Shown piece after piece: positions 39,509 through 51,860 of a stretch of 64,000 nt of DNA. The stretch's first letter is position 1, and each line of letters opens with the position of its first letter. The stretch comes from the human T2T-CHM13v2.0 reference genome, Homo sapiens. Under the pieces are notes generated by a model. The model saw only the letters and a list, made by a program, of their open reading frames with translations. It was not told the DNA's origin and did no database searches. A program made the translations under genes and the position numbers. Where the stretch lies: the NCBI RefSeq assembly GCF_009914755.1, contig NC_060937.1. One strand, 5' to 3'.

Positions 39509-40619
39509 TAGCTTAAAAGGGGAAGAGCAGATTCTAGAAGAGAATTAGGTTATTTTAATAATCAAATAGGAAACAATATTTCATTTAACCAGTAATGCAA
39601 ATGGTTCCTGAAATCATACTCTATTGATGTAAAAGAAGATTCTGCGGTGGTGCCCAAGTTAAATGCTTTGGGAAGCATATTAACTCAAGAAATACAAGTG
39701 AACAGAAATGTGCAGAAGTTCAAAGGCATTTTGAAATGACTGGATGGAAAAAAATCTAACTTTGAAAAATGACGAAGCTACAAATAGTTAAATAAGGCTT
39801 GTTCTGGTAAAAGGCACTCACAGTACCTTCTTTGGTAGAGCCACTCCAAGTTGACCAGGCCAGCGAACGTTCACTGTGCTCCTACTGACACGCCGAGGTG
39901 GCTGAATTTGCAGGACACACAGCTAAAGACTAGAAAGGGGGCGCCTCTATCATGGTGGGGAGATGGGTGGCTCATGCAAAGGGAGGAGACATAGATAGGA
40001 GCAGTCTAGTGGGGAACAGAAGAGGGAGAGAGTAAGAAAGTGTTTGTTCTGGGTTCCCCCTAAAGATCCACCCGGTGAGGTCTTATCCTCTCTAGCAGTC
40101 ATGGGAATGAGTCAGCAATGCCATGGATGGAATGGCTGCTCTGCTTGTGTGTTGCTCTCCAGAACCTGATGGAAGGCTTCAGTGGAAAAACCGCTTTAGC
40201 CTCCCAGCATCTTTCAGTGTGTGTTTAGTCAAAGGAAGAAGGGGAGGAGGTATTTGGAAAGGGGTAGCCCAACTCAAGGAAGAAAATGGGGACAAGATGA
40301 ATTTGGAATGAAATTGTTCTCTCCAGGCCAAGTTTATCCTCTGGTAGAAGAGTCTGGTTCAATACCAATCAGAGCAATTGCTGACTTAGAACCAGCAATG
40401 ACCACAATGGGTCAAGCACACCTCCCCCGCAAGTGCTTTCTGCCTCCAGGTGATTTGGGACACGAGGCCTTTCACTATCCAGCATGGCATTCACAGGTGT
40501 GTATAGGTCTCAGGAGGTATGTTTCTGTTCTCTTAAGGTGGGGCCCAGAATAAAGGTGTTTTGCAAGACAGTCCTATGACATTGGCATTCTGATTAAACC
40601 ATCTGGGTTTTCCTGACCT

Positions 40620-40750
40620 ACATGTATGTATGTAGGGGCGTGTGTGTACATGTGCATGTGTGTGCATGAGAGTCTAGGTGTGTGTAAATGTAGGTGTGTG
40701 TGTTCTATATGTTAGAGTGTGCTTGGGAGTTTTCTCTGTGTGTTTTGTGT
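40620..40750. repeat. Degenerate TG-rich low-complexity tract
   Basis: gtgtgtgtacatgtgcatgtgtgtgcatg...gtgtgtgt. Confidence 0.65.
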
Positions 40751-43305
40751 TTACAAGGTTGAGGTTATGAATGGGGAAGTGTGACAGGACTCATTCATTT
40801 CATAGTTTTCATTTCTTAGAAGAAAAGTGTACATGGATGATTCTGTCTTCAAGTCTTCAAGATTTTAAGTTCACTAATGAGTTATTTCTGGTTGTGGTAG
40901 ATAAGTAATTTTTTCTGCAATGTGATCTTCTGCATGAATTTTTGCAGTGTCCTTATCAATGGGATGGAGGGACTCTCATAATGATATTAACAATGTTAAC
41001 CGTATAGATAATCCCCAAAAGTGATATTATCTTCGGTACAAGTATGGCTGTTGTCTTTCAAGCAAAGTTTCGTTTAAGTTGTAAATATTACAATGTATTT
41101 AGAAAGAGAAAAATAAATTATTTAAAAGGCAAAATACTGTTGAGTTAAAAGTGTGATGCTGGAGTTTGGCAAGCTCACCCCTGCAGAATACATTCTATTG
41201 TGGCATTACATATCATTTCCATGTATCTTCATTTTATGATCTTCATTTTGAATGATTTGATGGTTCAGAGGTGTGGTAATAGATATGAATTTTATTTTGA
41301 CATGTGGAAGAAGGCATTTAGATGCAGTGTGTGTGCACTGTGAAATGATTAGAAATTATTATGGGGTAGAAAATTTGTGATTGAGCTTGAATGATTGAAT
41401 CTATTTTAAAAATGTGCAGAGCTGTTAGCTTTCAAAATAATTTGTGCAGTCAAAAGAAATCAAAATTCATTTTAGTTATTCATATTTTATTTTTGAAGTA
41501 AGCCACAGTTACTTTATTTTTTAAAGTAATGGCCTAACTCCAACACCAATTCTTCCAAAGAGGAAGAATCAAAAAACCATAATGAGAGAGTGCCTTTAAG
41601 ATGAAATTGAGAGTTAGTAAGTGAATAAACAGGTTGTCTATTAAGTAGTTACTGGTTTCTTCTTACGTTATGTACTAGAGGGTACACTGAGAGACACAGC
41701 AGAATGGACAAAGGGCAGAGGTTCCAGGCTTGTGGAAAAGGCCTCGCATATCAACTAAAACATATAAATTTGAGGCCATTTAAATTTGTTCCTTTTCTAC
41801 CTACTTCTTGTGTTCCCTCACCTAACTATTGTGTGGAGCAACTGTGAGGGGCTTGTCTATAAAACTGCAAATGGAGAGTTTGATGAAGTTTGATTATTTA
41901 GTTCCCGAGTGTGCCTTTCTTGAGAACCAGAACTGGGCTTGTAAGGGGGAATACTACAGGGCTAAAGACCATAGGCTCTTGGAAAATCAACCACTTCAGC
42001 CTAGCTTCCACAGGAGTTGAAGAGCGGAAGATTTGAGATTAAAATCTTTTGAGATAACGGGAAGTGAAAGTTTCTGTGTCGCTCATTGTAAAGACAATGC
42101 ATACAAGTTGAGGTGATGACACTGAGGACCCCCATCTCCTGAAAGGCTTCTTGCAGCCTCTGTGTGTTCTGTATCAGGAATCCCAAAGCAATGGAGAGGT
42201 GACACCCAGAAATGCTCCCTGTCTACTGACAACTGGCTGCAAATGGCCATGGCTCTGTCCCAGGCAATCTCACTGTCCTATGTATTTAGATAGTGGGAAT
42301 GTGGATAGTTCTCTTGATTTGTACTTGGGAAGATTAGCGAAGACTTTTCTTTTTGCATGTAGATTCTTCCTCCCTGTATTTGAAGGTAGGCTAAAATTTT
42401 TCTCAGGAAACAGATTCAGGTCTGAGAAAATGCTTGTTTGAATACTTAATAGTTTTGTATCTTAAATTTTCGAAAATAGGCCTAGAGGATCCTGAGGATA
42501 GAGTGAACTGCAAACTTTGACTCCGATTTCAGATAATGAAATCAGCTTACCTATATAGAGATATTGTAAAATTAACTCCATATCCACTAATAAATATATT
42601 TCAACCAGAGTCATGGGTATGTAAATGACTTGATTTAATGACCGTCATACCATGCTGGTTTCCTTTTTCTTAAAATAGAACTAGTGAACATTGAGGAGAT
42701 ACCCAGGAAGGCAAATCAGGAGGAAAATGATTGGGAAAACTCCAACGACCTTGCATTATTGATTTTTATCTTCAAAAGTTGTCCTGGCAGTTAACTCCCA
42801 ATGGAGTGGAGTGAGACTGGGGGATACATTTCTGATGATTTCTCGATGCTTTCAAAATTGGTATACAACTGAACGTTACTTCTGTAGCAGGACATAGGGC
42901 AGGATCATCACTGAACTAAGTTTATTCACACTTCAGTTCAACTTGGGTCATTCCTTCTTGGTGTCCCCAGTTTCTAACCCTTACTACTGTAAAGGAAGGG
43001 GTGGAATTATTCACTAGAGCTTGGTAATACACATTTTTGTTTGCTAAAAAATTTGGAAGATGCTCATTCTAAGCAGATCACATAGAGGTCAGCCAGGAGA
43101 TTTGGCATTTGCTCTTTATACCGCAGCTAATTTTTCTGTGGAAGCATTTTTGGTACCTATAACTGAAGTGACTGTCTTAGTCCTAAAAGGTTCAAAACCC
43201 TTTTTAGGCATTCTAAGATGCTAACACTCTGAATTTCTACCCTTTCCCGGACCCCCAGAAGGCTGCCATTTTAAAGTATAACAACAGGAAAGGATATTTG
43301 TCATA

Positions 43306-43738
43306 TGATACAGTTTGGATCTGTGTCCCCACCAAATCTCATGTTGAATTGTATCGTAATCCCCAGTGTTAGAAGTGGGGCCTAAGTGGGGCCTGGTGGA
43401 AGGTGATTGGATCATGGGGTGGTTTTCTCAAGAGTGGTTTAGCACCATCCACGTAGGGCTCTTCTTGTGATAGTGAGTCCTCATGAGATCTGGTTGTTTA
43501 AAAGTGTGTGGCATCTCTCCGCTCTCTCTTGCTGCTGTTCCAGCCATGGGAGATATCTGCTTCCCCTTCACCTTTCACTATGGTTGTAAGTTTTCTGAGG
43601 CCTCCCCAGAGGCTGAGCAGAAGCCAGCATCATGCTTCCTGTACAGCCAGCGGAACCATGAGCAATTAAGCCTCTTTTCCTTATAAATTACTGAGTCCCA
43701 GGTATGTATTTATAGCTGTTTGAGAACGGCCTAATACA
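43306..43738 (+). mobile_element. MSTA/MSTB-like MaLR solo LTR
   Basis: tgatacagtttggatctgtgtccccaccaaatctcatgttgaattg...gagaacggcctaataca; internal 11-bp duplication aagtggggcct. Confidence 0.93.
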
Positions 43739-46700
43739 CCAGAGTAGAGCAGATGTTTGTAATATGGGTTTTAAAGACCGTCGTCAAAGATAATCCCCTC
43801 TGTCTCACCTGGCTGGCTCTGCCTTTGCATGAAAAGAATTGGAACTGAGGACTAGCACTTAGCATGAAAGGAATCCAGGTAATTCCCACCCCGAGGAGAC
43901 GGTGGAGCCCTCTGTAGACTGAAATCAAGGGCTAGGAGGAACGAAAAAGGTCTGGTTATCGTCACATCTGCTCGGTGCCTTTCGTGAGCAGCACTTATCT
44001 TGGTATCTGGCTCTTGTCCAAGAACTGGCCTTTGAAGACCTTCCGTGTTGGAGGAGAGATGCCAGAAAGGGGAAGCTCTTTCTCTTCATTGGGTGTGCCT
44101 GCCTGCCCTTGTGAGGCGTTCCTGCCTTACCGTGGAAGTGGCCTGTCCTTTGAATGATTCGGGTCACTGAGTGAAAAGCTCCATGTGGCTGACGATGGAG
44201 AAGTTCCCCACAGAGCCTCTTTCAGAGGCTCTTTCAGTCTTTCAGTCCAGCAGTAGTTCCCTCCTGGGTGTCAGAGACTGAAGGAGGCATGAGAAGCCAG
44301 AGGCACATCCCAGCAGTGTGCCCCGCAAAGAATGGCCTCTTCTTTGTTTGAGGGCTGGTCATTCTGACTATGGACCTCACAATCACTGGAATCGGATGAC
44401 AAAAGAATGTTGTCAAAGAACATTAATCATTGCATGGGTTGCAATTCGTGATTAGCTGGATTTGCATAAAAGAATGTAGAGGCCTTGAACCACAAAAGCG
44501 AAAATGTGTATCCAAGAAATAGTGGTGGCCATCATTCCAGTGAGAGCATGTTCATAACTCACTGCTGCAGAAGAAATGATCAAAAAGTGGTCCAGGGGCC
44601 CCGGGTTCTCTGTGTTAAAAATATTTCTCAAGAAAAACTGCATGTGTACCTTCAAAAATAAAGCTAATATTGAAATACCCTTTCTAATGGAATTATTTTT
44701 TTGATGCTCAAGAAGTCATGAATAATATTTAAAAAGCAGAAAACACACTTCTTTATAATCTTTGCAAATCCAGTTTAATGTTAAGCTCCCCTTAAGCTCT
44801 ATTTACAAAGAATTGTACCAGTTTTCACCTTGATATGGTGGATTTACTTTCACTATGCAATTGGAAAATTGACTTTTGTACTCCTGAGGGTATTTTTAAA
44901 AGTAAATTGGATTTCTTAAGTTCATTATTTTTTAATAAAATGCATAGTTAATGGTATTAAACTTCTACACCTACTACATTTTATTCTTGTTTGAAGTATA
45001 TGTGGGTTTGTGAACTGGCTTATAGGAAAGATCAATCGGAAAACACTTTAAAATTAGAATTCTTAGTATGCCAGGTTCACATTTTCCAGTAGGGGGCAAG
45101 AAAGTACTATATATGAAATCCAGAAATCACTTTCTTTTTCTGTACCTTTGCAAACAAATTAAGTTCCCGAATTGTGAAATGCTAAGTGTGATAGGAAAAA
45201 GGATATTCAAATCTATTAAATATAATCTCTTTCTTATGTCAGAGGGCTATTAAGCATGATATTTAACTGCTCAGTGAATCTCTCTGGGAGAGAGAAATGA
45301 ATTTGGGAAAGGCCAAGAGAATGGGATGTGACACTTTGGCCAAAGTGTCTTGTCAGCACTCCAGCGCTGACTAGAACTCAGCCATGTTGCCCAACCTCCA
45401 TGAATAACCCCCCAAAAGACCTCCCCAAACCAACCCCCCTCAAAACCATGACATGTTAATGCTTGGTATCTTATAAGACCCTTCACTTGTACTTGTTCAC
45501 ACACACATAGTCATTCAAGTGGCCCTAAGGAGCTGCTTTTAGTCTGTTAGAGACATAGACCACGCTACTTACTTCATTGATAATGAGCTCACACACACAT
45601 TGACCAATGCAAGTGAGATAATCAATTACTCATAATTGATCCTAGCTGTGAACTTTTTGGTTATGGTTCAGGCACTCTGACATCATCTATATAGTTCTTC
45701 CAGAACAAATTTCTATATCCAACCTGGAGTTTCATACAGGACATTTTATTTTTTAAAGACTACTACTTCAAATGTATTTCCATGTTTGTTTTTCCTCTTT
45801 CCTAAGTCTGTAATTTTGATGGAGTGTTTTTTCCTTGACTCTAGTTTTTGTAGGGGAAATTGCCTATACAATCAAATCAATATGCCACATGATGCATTTG
45901 GTATAAATAAATATAGTAAAAATGTTTGGAAAATCCTCAATTGTGTGTGTCAAGTATGGTATTGGCAATCATTTTGGTATATCATAACATATCTTAAAGG
46001 AAACAGAATGCCATTTGTCATAACCTTACCATTTTCCTTGGTTTGTGTAATGCTTATTAGCTACAGAAGTCAATAGCTTCCACATGAACAGGTTATGTTT
46101 ACTTGGTTACTTGAAAAACAGATGCCTGTTTGAACATAAACTGAGAGACTTAGGGGAAGACATTTAAGGTTCAATGATGTAAAGACTGTGCTAAAGTTGT
46201 CTGAATCAGGTAAATGGCTTCCCAAAAGACGGTGTTACATTTTATAATCTCTTTCTTGAGAATAAACTTGCTTTGTTTATAAGACATTGTATGATTTACA
46301 TAGTCACTAAAATGGAATATTAAACTCAACTTCCTTTCAGAAGCAAATTCTTTTAGTGTGCTTGTTTCATTTGGATGGAAACTTAGGAGATCCAATTTAG
46401 GTAAAAAGGTGCTTGGCTTATTGAGTAATGGTAAATATCCCTGACTTCTTATGCAGCTTCTAAGAGCAGGCAGGGAACATTCAGACAAAGCAAAGGAGTA
46501 GTTTATGTGCATGTGGGGGTTTCTTAGATTTTTGTGGAAACTCAATTGTCTACTTTTGTCCTGCTTGCTTTAATTTCTAGGCATTTGTTTTGTTTTATTA
46601 TCTCTTTTCCAGACACGACTTTGATCAGCTCATAGGAAGTCATCTGTAGCAGGGTCATATTAAAATCCTTCTCATCAGCCACCAGCAGAGCTGTTTTTCT

Positions 46701-49700
46701 CTGTGACTTATATTTACGATACTTTTTTCTTGCCAGTTAGAGACATAAGATATATGGGTATAGGGAAGAGACACAAGAACTGTTCTGTTTATTTTAGTCA
46801 AAATACTGCTCATATAAATGAGAGGGCAAATGAAGTGGCTTTCTCACAGAGGTCTTCAGTAGATGGGAACTTATTTTTACTTATCTTTGTCTCTGAGTCT
46901 GAATTAGCTTCCTCATTGAGAAAAAAGGAAATGTTCTTAAAGAAATACATACTTAGCATTTTAAAACCATTTTTCTTCGTCCCTATTTAGAGAGGAGTTT
47001 CTATACCTAAATGAAACTGAGCCTTAAAAGATATCCCTTTGTCAATGAGTGAGGTTTTAAATACTCCAAAAAGAAAACTACCCTGAAAAATGATTGTATG
47101 ATTTTTATTTAAAAATCTCCCACATACATCATTTTATACAACATATTAAACATAGCTACCTTCACATCAACTTTTCCTGCCTATAATGTTAGAAACGGGA
47201 AACTATTGAATCCAGGAAAGTGTTGTATATTTGTATTGCTCAGCATTTTTGAATCAACCAGATCAAAAGATTTTATAAACTCAAGAAAATGAAATGATAG
47301 CATTTAGCCACAAATGTAATTTTCAACTAAATGAACTTGACATGCTTTATTATAAACAGCCCTGTTGTATGTAAGTTCATTCTAAACTGTGTGCTTCTGC
47401 AAAATGTAGGAGCATGCAGACCAACACTGAAAGCATGTGGTCTCTCAAATGCAGAGGTTTATCTTGACACCACCGTTGGAAAGCCTGAATGACGTAACCA
47501 CCTTTGGAGCACTGGCTGGTGGAATAGGAGTCCGGCTGCTTTATGACAACAAGTCTCGTACACATTTGCAGCTATCTTCAGGTGGAGTGAAACCCAGGAT
47601 GAAGTGCTTTTACCTGGGAAAGCTGCAGAAACTGCTTCCTCCACTCAGACTGCCTCCCTACCAACTTTTGCTTTATTTTCCAAGAGGGTCGGTCATTCTC
47701 TGGCATAGAGAAATGGAATTTGCAATGAGTTTCTTGGTAGCAGACAAAGTGACTTTCAAAGGATAGAAGACACCTAGGCATGTTTGCATTAAAGCAACTG
47801 ATTTCAGTTGGTGCCTGAATCAGTAGACGCAGATAGACTATTATGCACATTCTCCAAATATGCCATTCTAATCTCATATTCTCTGTCACTTTTCTCTTCA
47901 GCATTTGTTCTAGGGTAATTCACTATTTATGGCATGCAGAATTCATTAACGTTTGTCACTCCTCTGAAATTTTTAATCACCAACAACATGTATTACAGGA
48001 CAAAAATGTGCAACTGTCATGCATATCATTTTGCAATCGTTTACTGACTATGACACTTTTTATAAAGAGTGTAAATGTTGATAGTTGAGACACCAGAAAA
48101 TTAGCCCTTAATTGGTCATGCACCCCCCCTTCTGTGAACTCCCCTGAGTACAAACAGAAGCCCATTTTCAATGGTTTCTATTAATTTCTATTTGGCTAAT
48201 ATATATGCTTGTTTTGGTTTGACCTATGTCTAGAAGAAAAAGTCATATGAGGTGGTTTTTATGTGATATTGCCTATTTGGTTCTTAGAACAAGGAGCTTT
48301 TCTGTCCGGACTGACGATTTTATTGTGTTTTGTTATGGTCAGCACTTGTTAGAGCAAAGTTATTTGGGGGATTTTATATATTTAAAATTGTAAACTGAAA
48401 ATTTCTTTTTCTTGCAAAATCCAGGATTTTGCATCATTCAATATCATCCCTTTCACAATGTGAACTACTGTCATTTAGTTTGGGGTCACTTGGAGACAGG
48501 CCTAGAGACATAAGTAACAATAACTTATGAGAATGATTATTTTTGTATTAACTTTGATTTGATTGGAAAGAGGAAGACGGTCTAAAATCTAGCACAAGAA
48601 TTTCCCAGGAACTCAGCCTAAGGGATGGAACTAGCTCCAGTGACTACAGCACCATTTAGGGTCTGAGTTAGGAAGAAGCGACATTTTGACTCAATAAAAA
48701 GAATATTTATCTCTCCAATGAGCTCACTTAGGGGATATAAAGTTTCTTTTCCCTGGAAGAATAGTTGATCACCTGGGCAGTGTGTGTTAGAAGTGATGCA
48801 AGCATAGCTGTGAGTTGTATTGCAGCTCAAGGGCCCTTTTATGCAGTCAACATTTCTGTAGGGGAATAAGCAGGATCTTCAGTGAGGCTCAGGCATTTCC
48901 TGTGATTTACTCAGATGGGGTTAGAAACTATGCAGACAGCCTATTAAATGATATTAACAACCAGGACTACATGATCTATTATCCTTCCTAGAGAGAAGAA
49001 TCTTTTTTTTTTTTTCCTGACTTTAACTCTTTTTTTTCTTTCTCAGTTCAAATTATTCTCCCATAATACTAAGAAATCAGTATTATTTCTCACCAGGGAC
49101 GAAGTGGATCAATCTCTTCTCTAGTGGTGTCTCTGATTCATTAATGGCTGTGCTGTAGGGGGAAAGTAATTAAGGTAGGAGAAAAAAAAATCTCACAAAA
49201 ACCTGCATCCCCAACCTGAGGAACACAGTTTGATGGAGAGCCAATTCCACACAGTAACTTAGACTTCCAGTGCTGCCAATCTGGCAGGTGTTCAACATTA
49301 AATTTTTAAAAAATTAAATAGGGGAAAAATACACAACCTGCCAAATATCACTATATTGTCAATAAAATAAAATGAACTGCTTTTTCTGAATATTGGCCCC
49401 CAAGGAGAAGAGCATGCTGATTACTTTAAAGTTATCACTAATTCTTTTAAAATGCTTTATTTCAGGTATTTTTCACTCTTTAAATATTTTATTAAGAACG
49501 ACCAAGTATTCTCTATTAAAAAGTTGACCTTTGGGCTAAATTATTAATATTTTAAGCTAATATAGATTATGCCAACTCTGGAGCTGGATTTTTTTTCGCT
49601 ACCATACCTAGAGGCCTAGTAAAAGAGAATTGGAATGTTACATATATTAGTAATGTTTTATTGGAATAAATTTTTCGCTCTTTTGGATATTGATGTAATA

Positions 49701-50929
49701 TTTATATATTTTCTAAGAAGCATTTACATAAAACCCAATCTGGAATGTTGACAATGAAAACAAAATAAGAAAAATAAAAATTCAACTTCCATATGAAAAG
49801 GAAACAAAGTATGATTATCAGTGAAAAAGTATAAGTACTCTAAAAAGGCAATCCGAAATACAAGCGATCATCCAAAACACACAGAGGAGAAGGTGTTTCT
49901 AATGGGCATTTAATGAGGAATAAGTTGCTGAAACTTCAGTTATTGCAGTGTTGGCTGGAAGGAAATGAAAATGTAGTACTAAAAGTAAAACATCTTTTGA
50001 TTAACTACAACTTCAAAATCAAATTAAAAACTGAAACAGATTATAAACAGAATGGGTAAAATAACAAAGTCCACAAGATTTTTAAGACTTACACATGATT
50101 GGTAGTCACATGGTTAAGTCCATTGGAGGAGACCTAATGTCCTCCAGGTGAGGCTCATTATGTTTGTGTCTTTCTCTAGGTACACAGGGTGAATCCCATG
50201 CATACAAACTGAAGTATGTGGGTTGCTTCATAAATGACCACACATGAAGGTTGATAGGATGGTTCTCAAAGCAAATCATGTGATTCTCAGTATTTTAACT
50301 TTTCCTGAATTACAATTTGATGTACAAAATCTATGCTTGCATATATTTTACAAAATTACATTAGAGTCATTGAAACAATAATATATTTGAAAGTGCATAC
50401 AGTCGTCGTTCTTTTCTTCCTATATTTTAAGTAGTAAGCTCTGCTGGTGCAAAGTCCAGATGTTGACCCACCTGTGGGGACTGGGAGCAGCAAGAATGGA
50501 CATCAGGAATGGGAGTATCTGGAATAATGGCTGATCAATAATTTCTAAACTAATCACATGCAATTCATCCATTGATTCGCTCATTTATTCACCCACAGAC
50601 TGGTCTCAGACAATCACAGATGGGTCACACAGACACAGTAGGTTAAAATTGTTTAGAGAACAAAGATAGCACTACTTATCCTGAACTTGCGTCAGCCCCA
50701 GAGATGGTATTATACATGCCCCAAGTGGAGTGAGGATTTGGGGACCCTTAGGTCTGCTGCAGACAGAAACAATTTTCACAGATTGGCTTAAAACTTTTAG
50801 ATTGGGGCATTGAGAAGTTTCAGAATAGAAGGGAAACAATTTTCAAATGTGAGTATAGGAGGATACTACAAAACTATTAGCTATATAGGAGAGAAGCACG
50901 GCATTGCTGGAAGCTTCTAAGTATCAGTG

Positions 50930-51030
50930 TCAAAAAGATAGGGATTGAGAGTCACATTTACATGCTGAAGAGCTGTGTGACTTCAGCTATAGTTATCAAT
51001 CACTCTGTTTCCTGTTCTGTGAAATGCAGG
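50930..51030 (+). mobile_element. MIR fragment
   Basis: agctgtgtgacttc...ctctgtttcctgttctgtgaaatg. Confidence 0.5.
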
Positions 51031-51289
51031 CCAAACAAGGTAATTACGAACATTAGACATTAGAGATGTGAAGCATGCATGTTATTTTCTTTTGCTTTCA
51101 TGGGTATGTATCATATAGTTCTACTTCTGTTTCCATCTTCCAGCATGACCTGTGGAGTTAACTGGACTTCTGTGTAACATCAGTATTAAACGTTAACAGT
51201 ATTGCACAAATATTGACTTTTTAAAAGATGACTAAATGGACAGTAGCAGTAACTCATGTCCTTGTTTACATCCTGACAGTATTGATTAA

Positions 51290-51470
51290 ACTTACAAGGG
51301 TATTGTACTATGCCAAGTGCTTTCCCTATGTGAACTCATTTAGTTCCCTCACCCACCCTGTGGAGGAGGTATTAGTATCTCATTTTGCAGCTGGAGGAAA
51401 CTAGGGTCTAGAGAGCTAAAATGATTTGCCTAGGACTGCTAAGTGGTGGATTTGGGGCTGGAATGCATCC
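51290..51470 (-). mobile_element. MIR
   Basis: tactatgccaagtgcttt...aactcatttag...ctcattttgcagctggaggaaactaggg...tgatttgcctagg. Confidence 0.75.
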
Positions 51471-51528
51471 CGTAGGACTGCCATGGACCCTCTTGCATGT
51501 TCCATTAGAATGTGGCAGCAGAACTGCA

Positions 51529-51567
51529 GTGCGCGCACACACACACACACACACACACATACACACA
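51529..51567. repeat. (CA)n microsatellite preceded by (GC)3
   Basis: gtgcgcgcacacacac...catacacaca. Confidence 0.95.
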
Positions 51568-51719
51568 AGCTAAAGTCACGTAAAAAATGGTCTGTTTTGC
51601 TGGGGCAACAGTATTACTAAGTGTGGTGATACTATGTTTTCTAATTTAACCATAATATTCCTAGCTCTAATTTCTTTCCATAGGGAGGTTCAAAAAACTT
51701 TAATACAAGATGAGCAAAA

Positions 51720-51860
51720 TGCTTTCTCTTATAAGATATGAATCTAGAAGGACTCAACATTCTTTTTTCTTTTTTTTTCTGTTTAGTTTGTTGATGTTTT
51801 CCGAGAACTTAGAACAATATCCAGCATATAGTAGGTGCTGAAAAATATTTTTGAACAAGT
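51720..51860 (+). mobile_element. L2 3' terminus
   Basis: gaacttagaacaatatccagcatatagtaggtgctgaaaaatatttttgaa. Confidence 0.6.

Noticed and set aside
39071-39511. 146-aa ORF ending in GLRLGDL repeats
   Set aside because: No recognisable domain; the tail is the G-rich minisatellite.
39930-39946. CTCF-like agggggcgc (also at ~20630)
   Set aside because: Only the 3' half of the motif matches; the CC-containing 5' half is absent.
47437-47766. 109-aa ORF and possible exon (atgcag|aggttt...ttcag|gtggag)
   Set aside because: Weak pyrimidine tract and donor, and no recognisable protein similarity.
50160-50220. Possible 34-nt exon (tctttctctag|gtacac...tgaa|gtatgt)
   Set aside because: Weak donor context and no supporting evidence; expected by chance in 64 kb.
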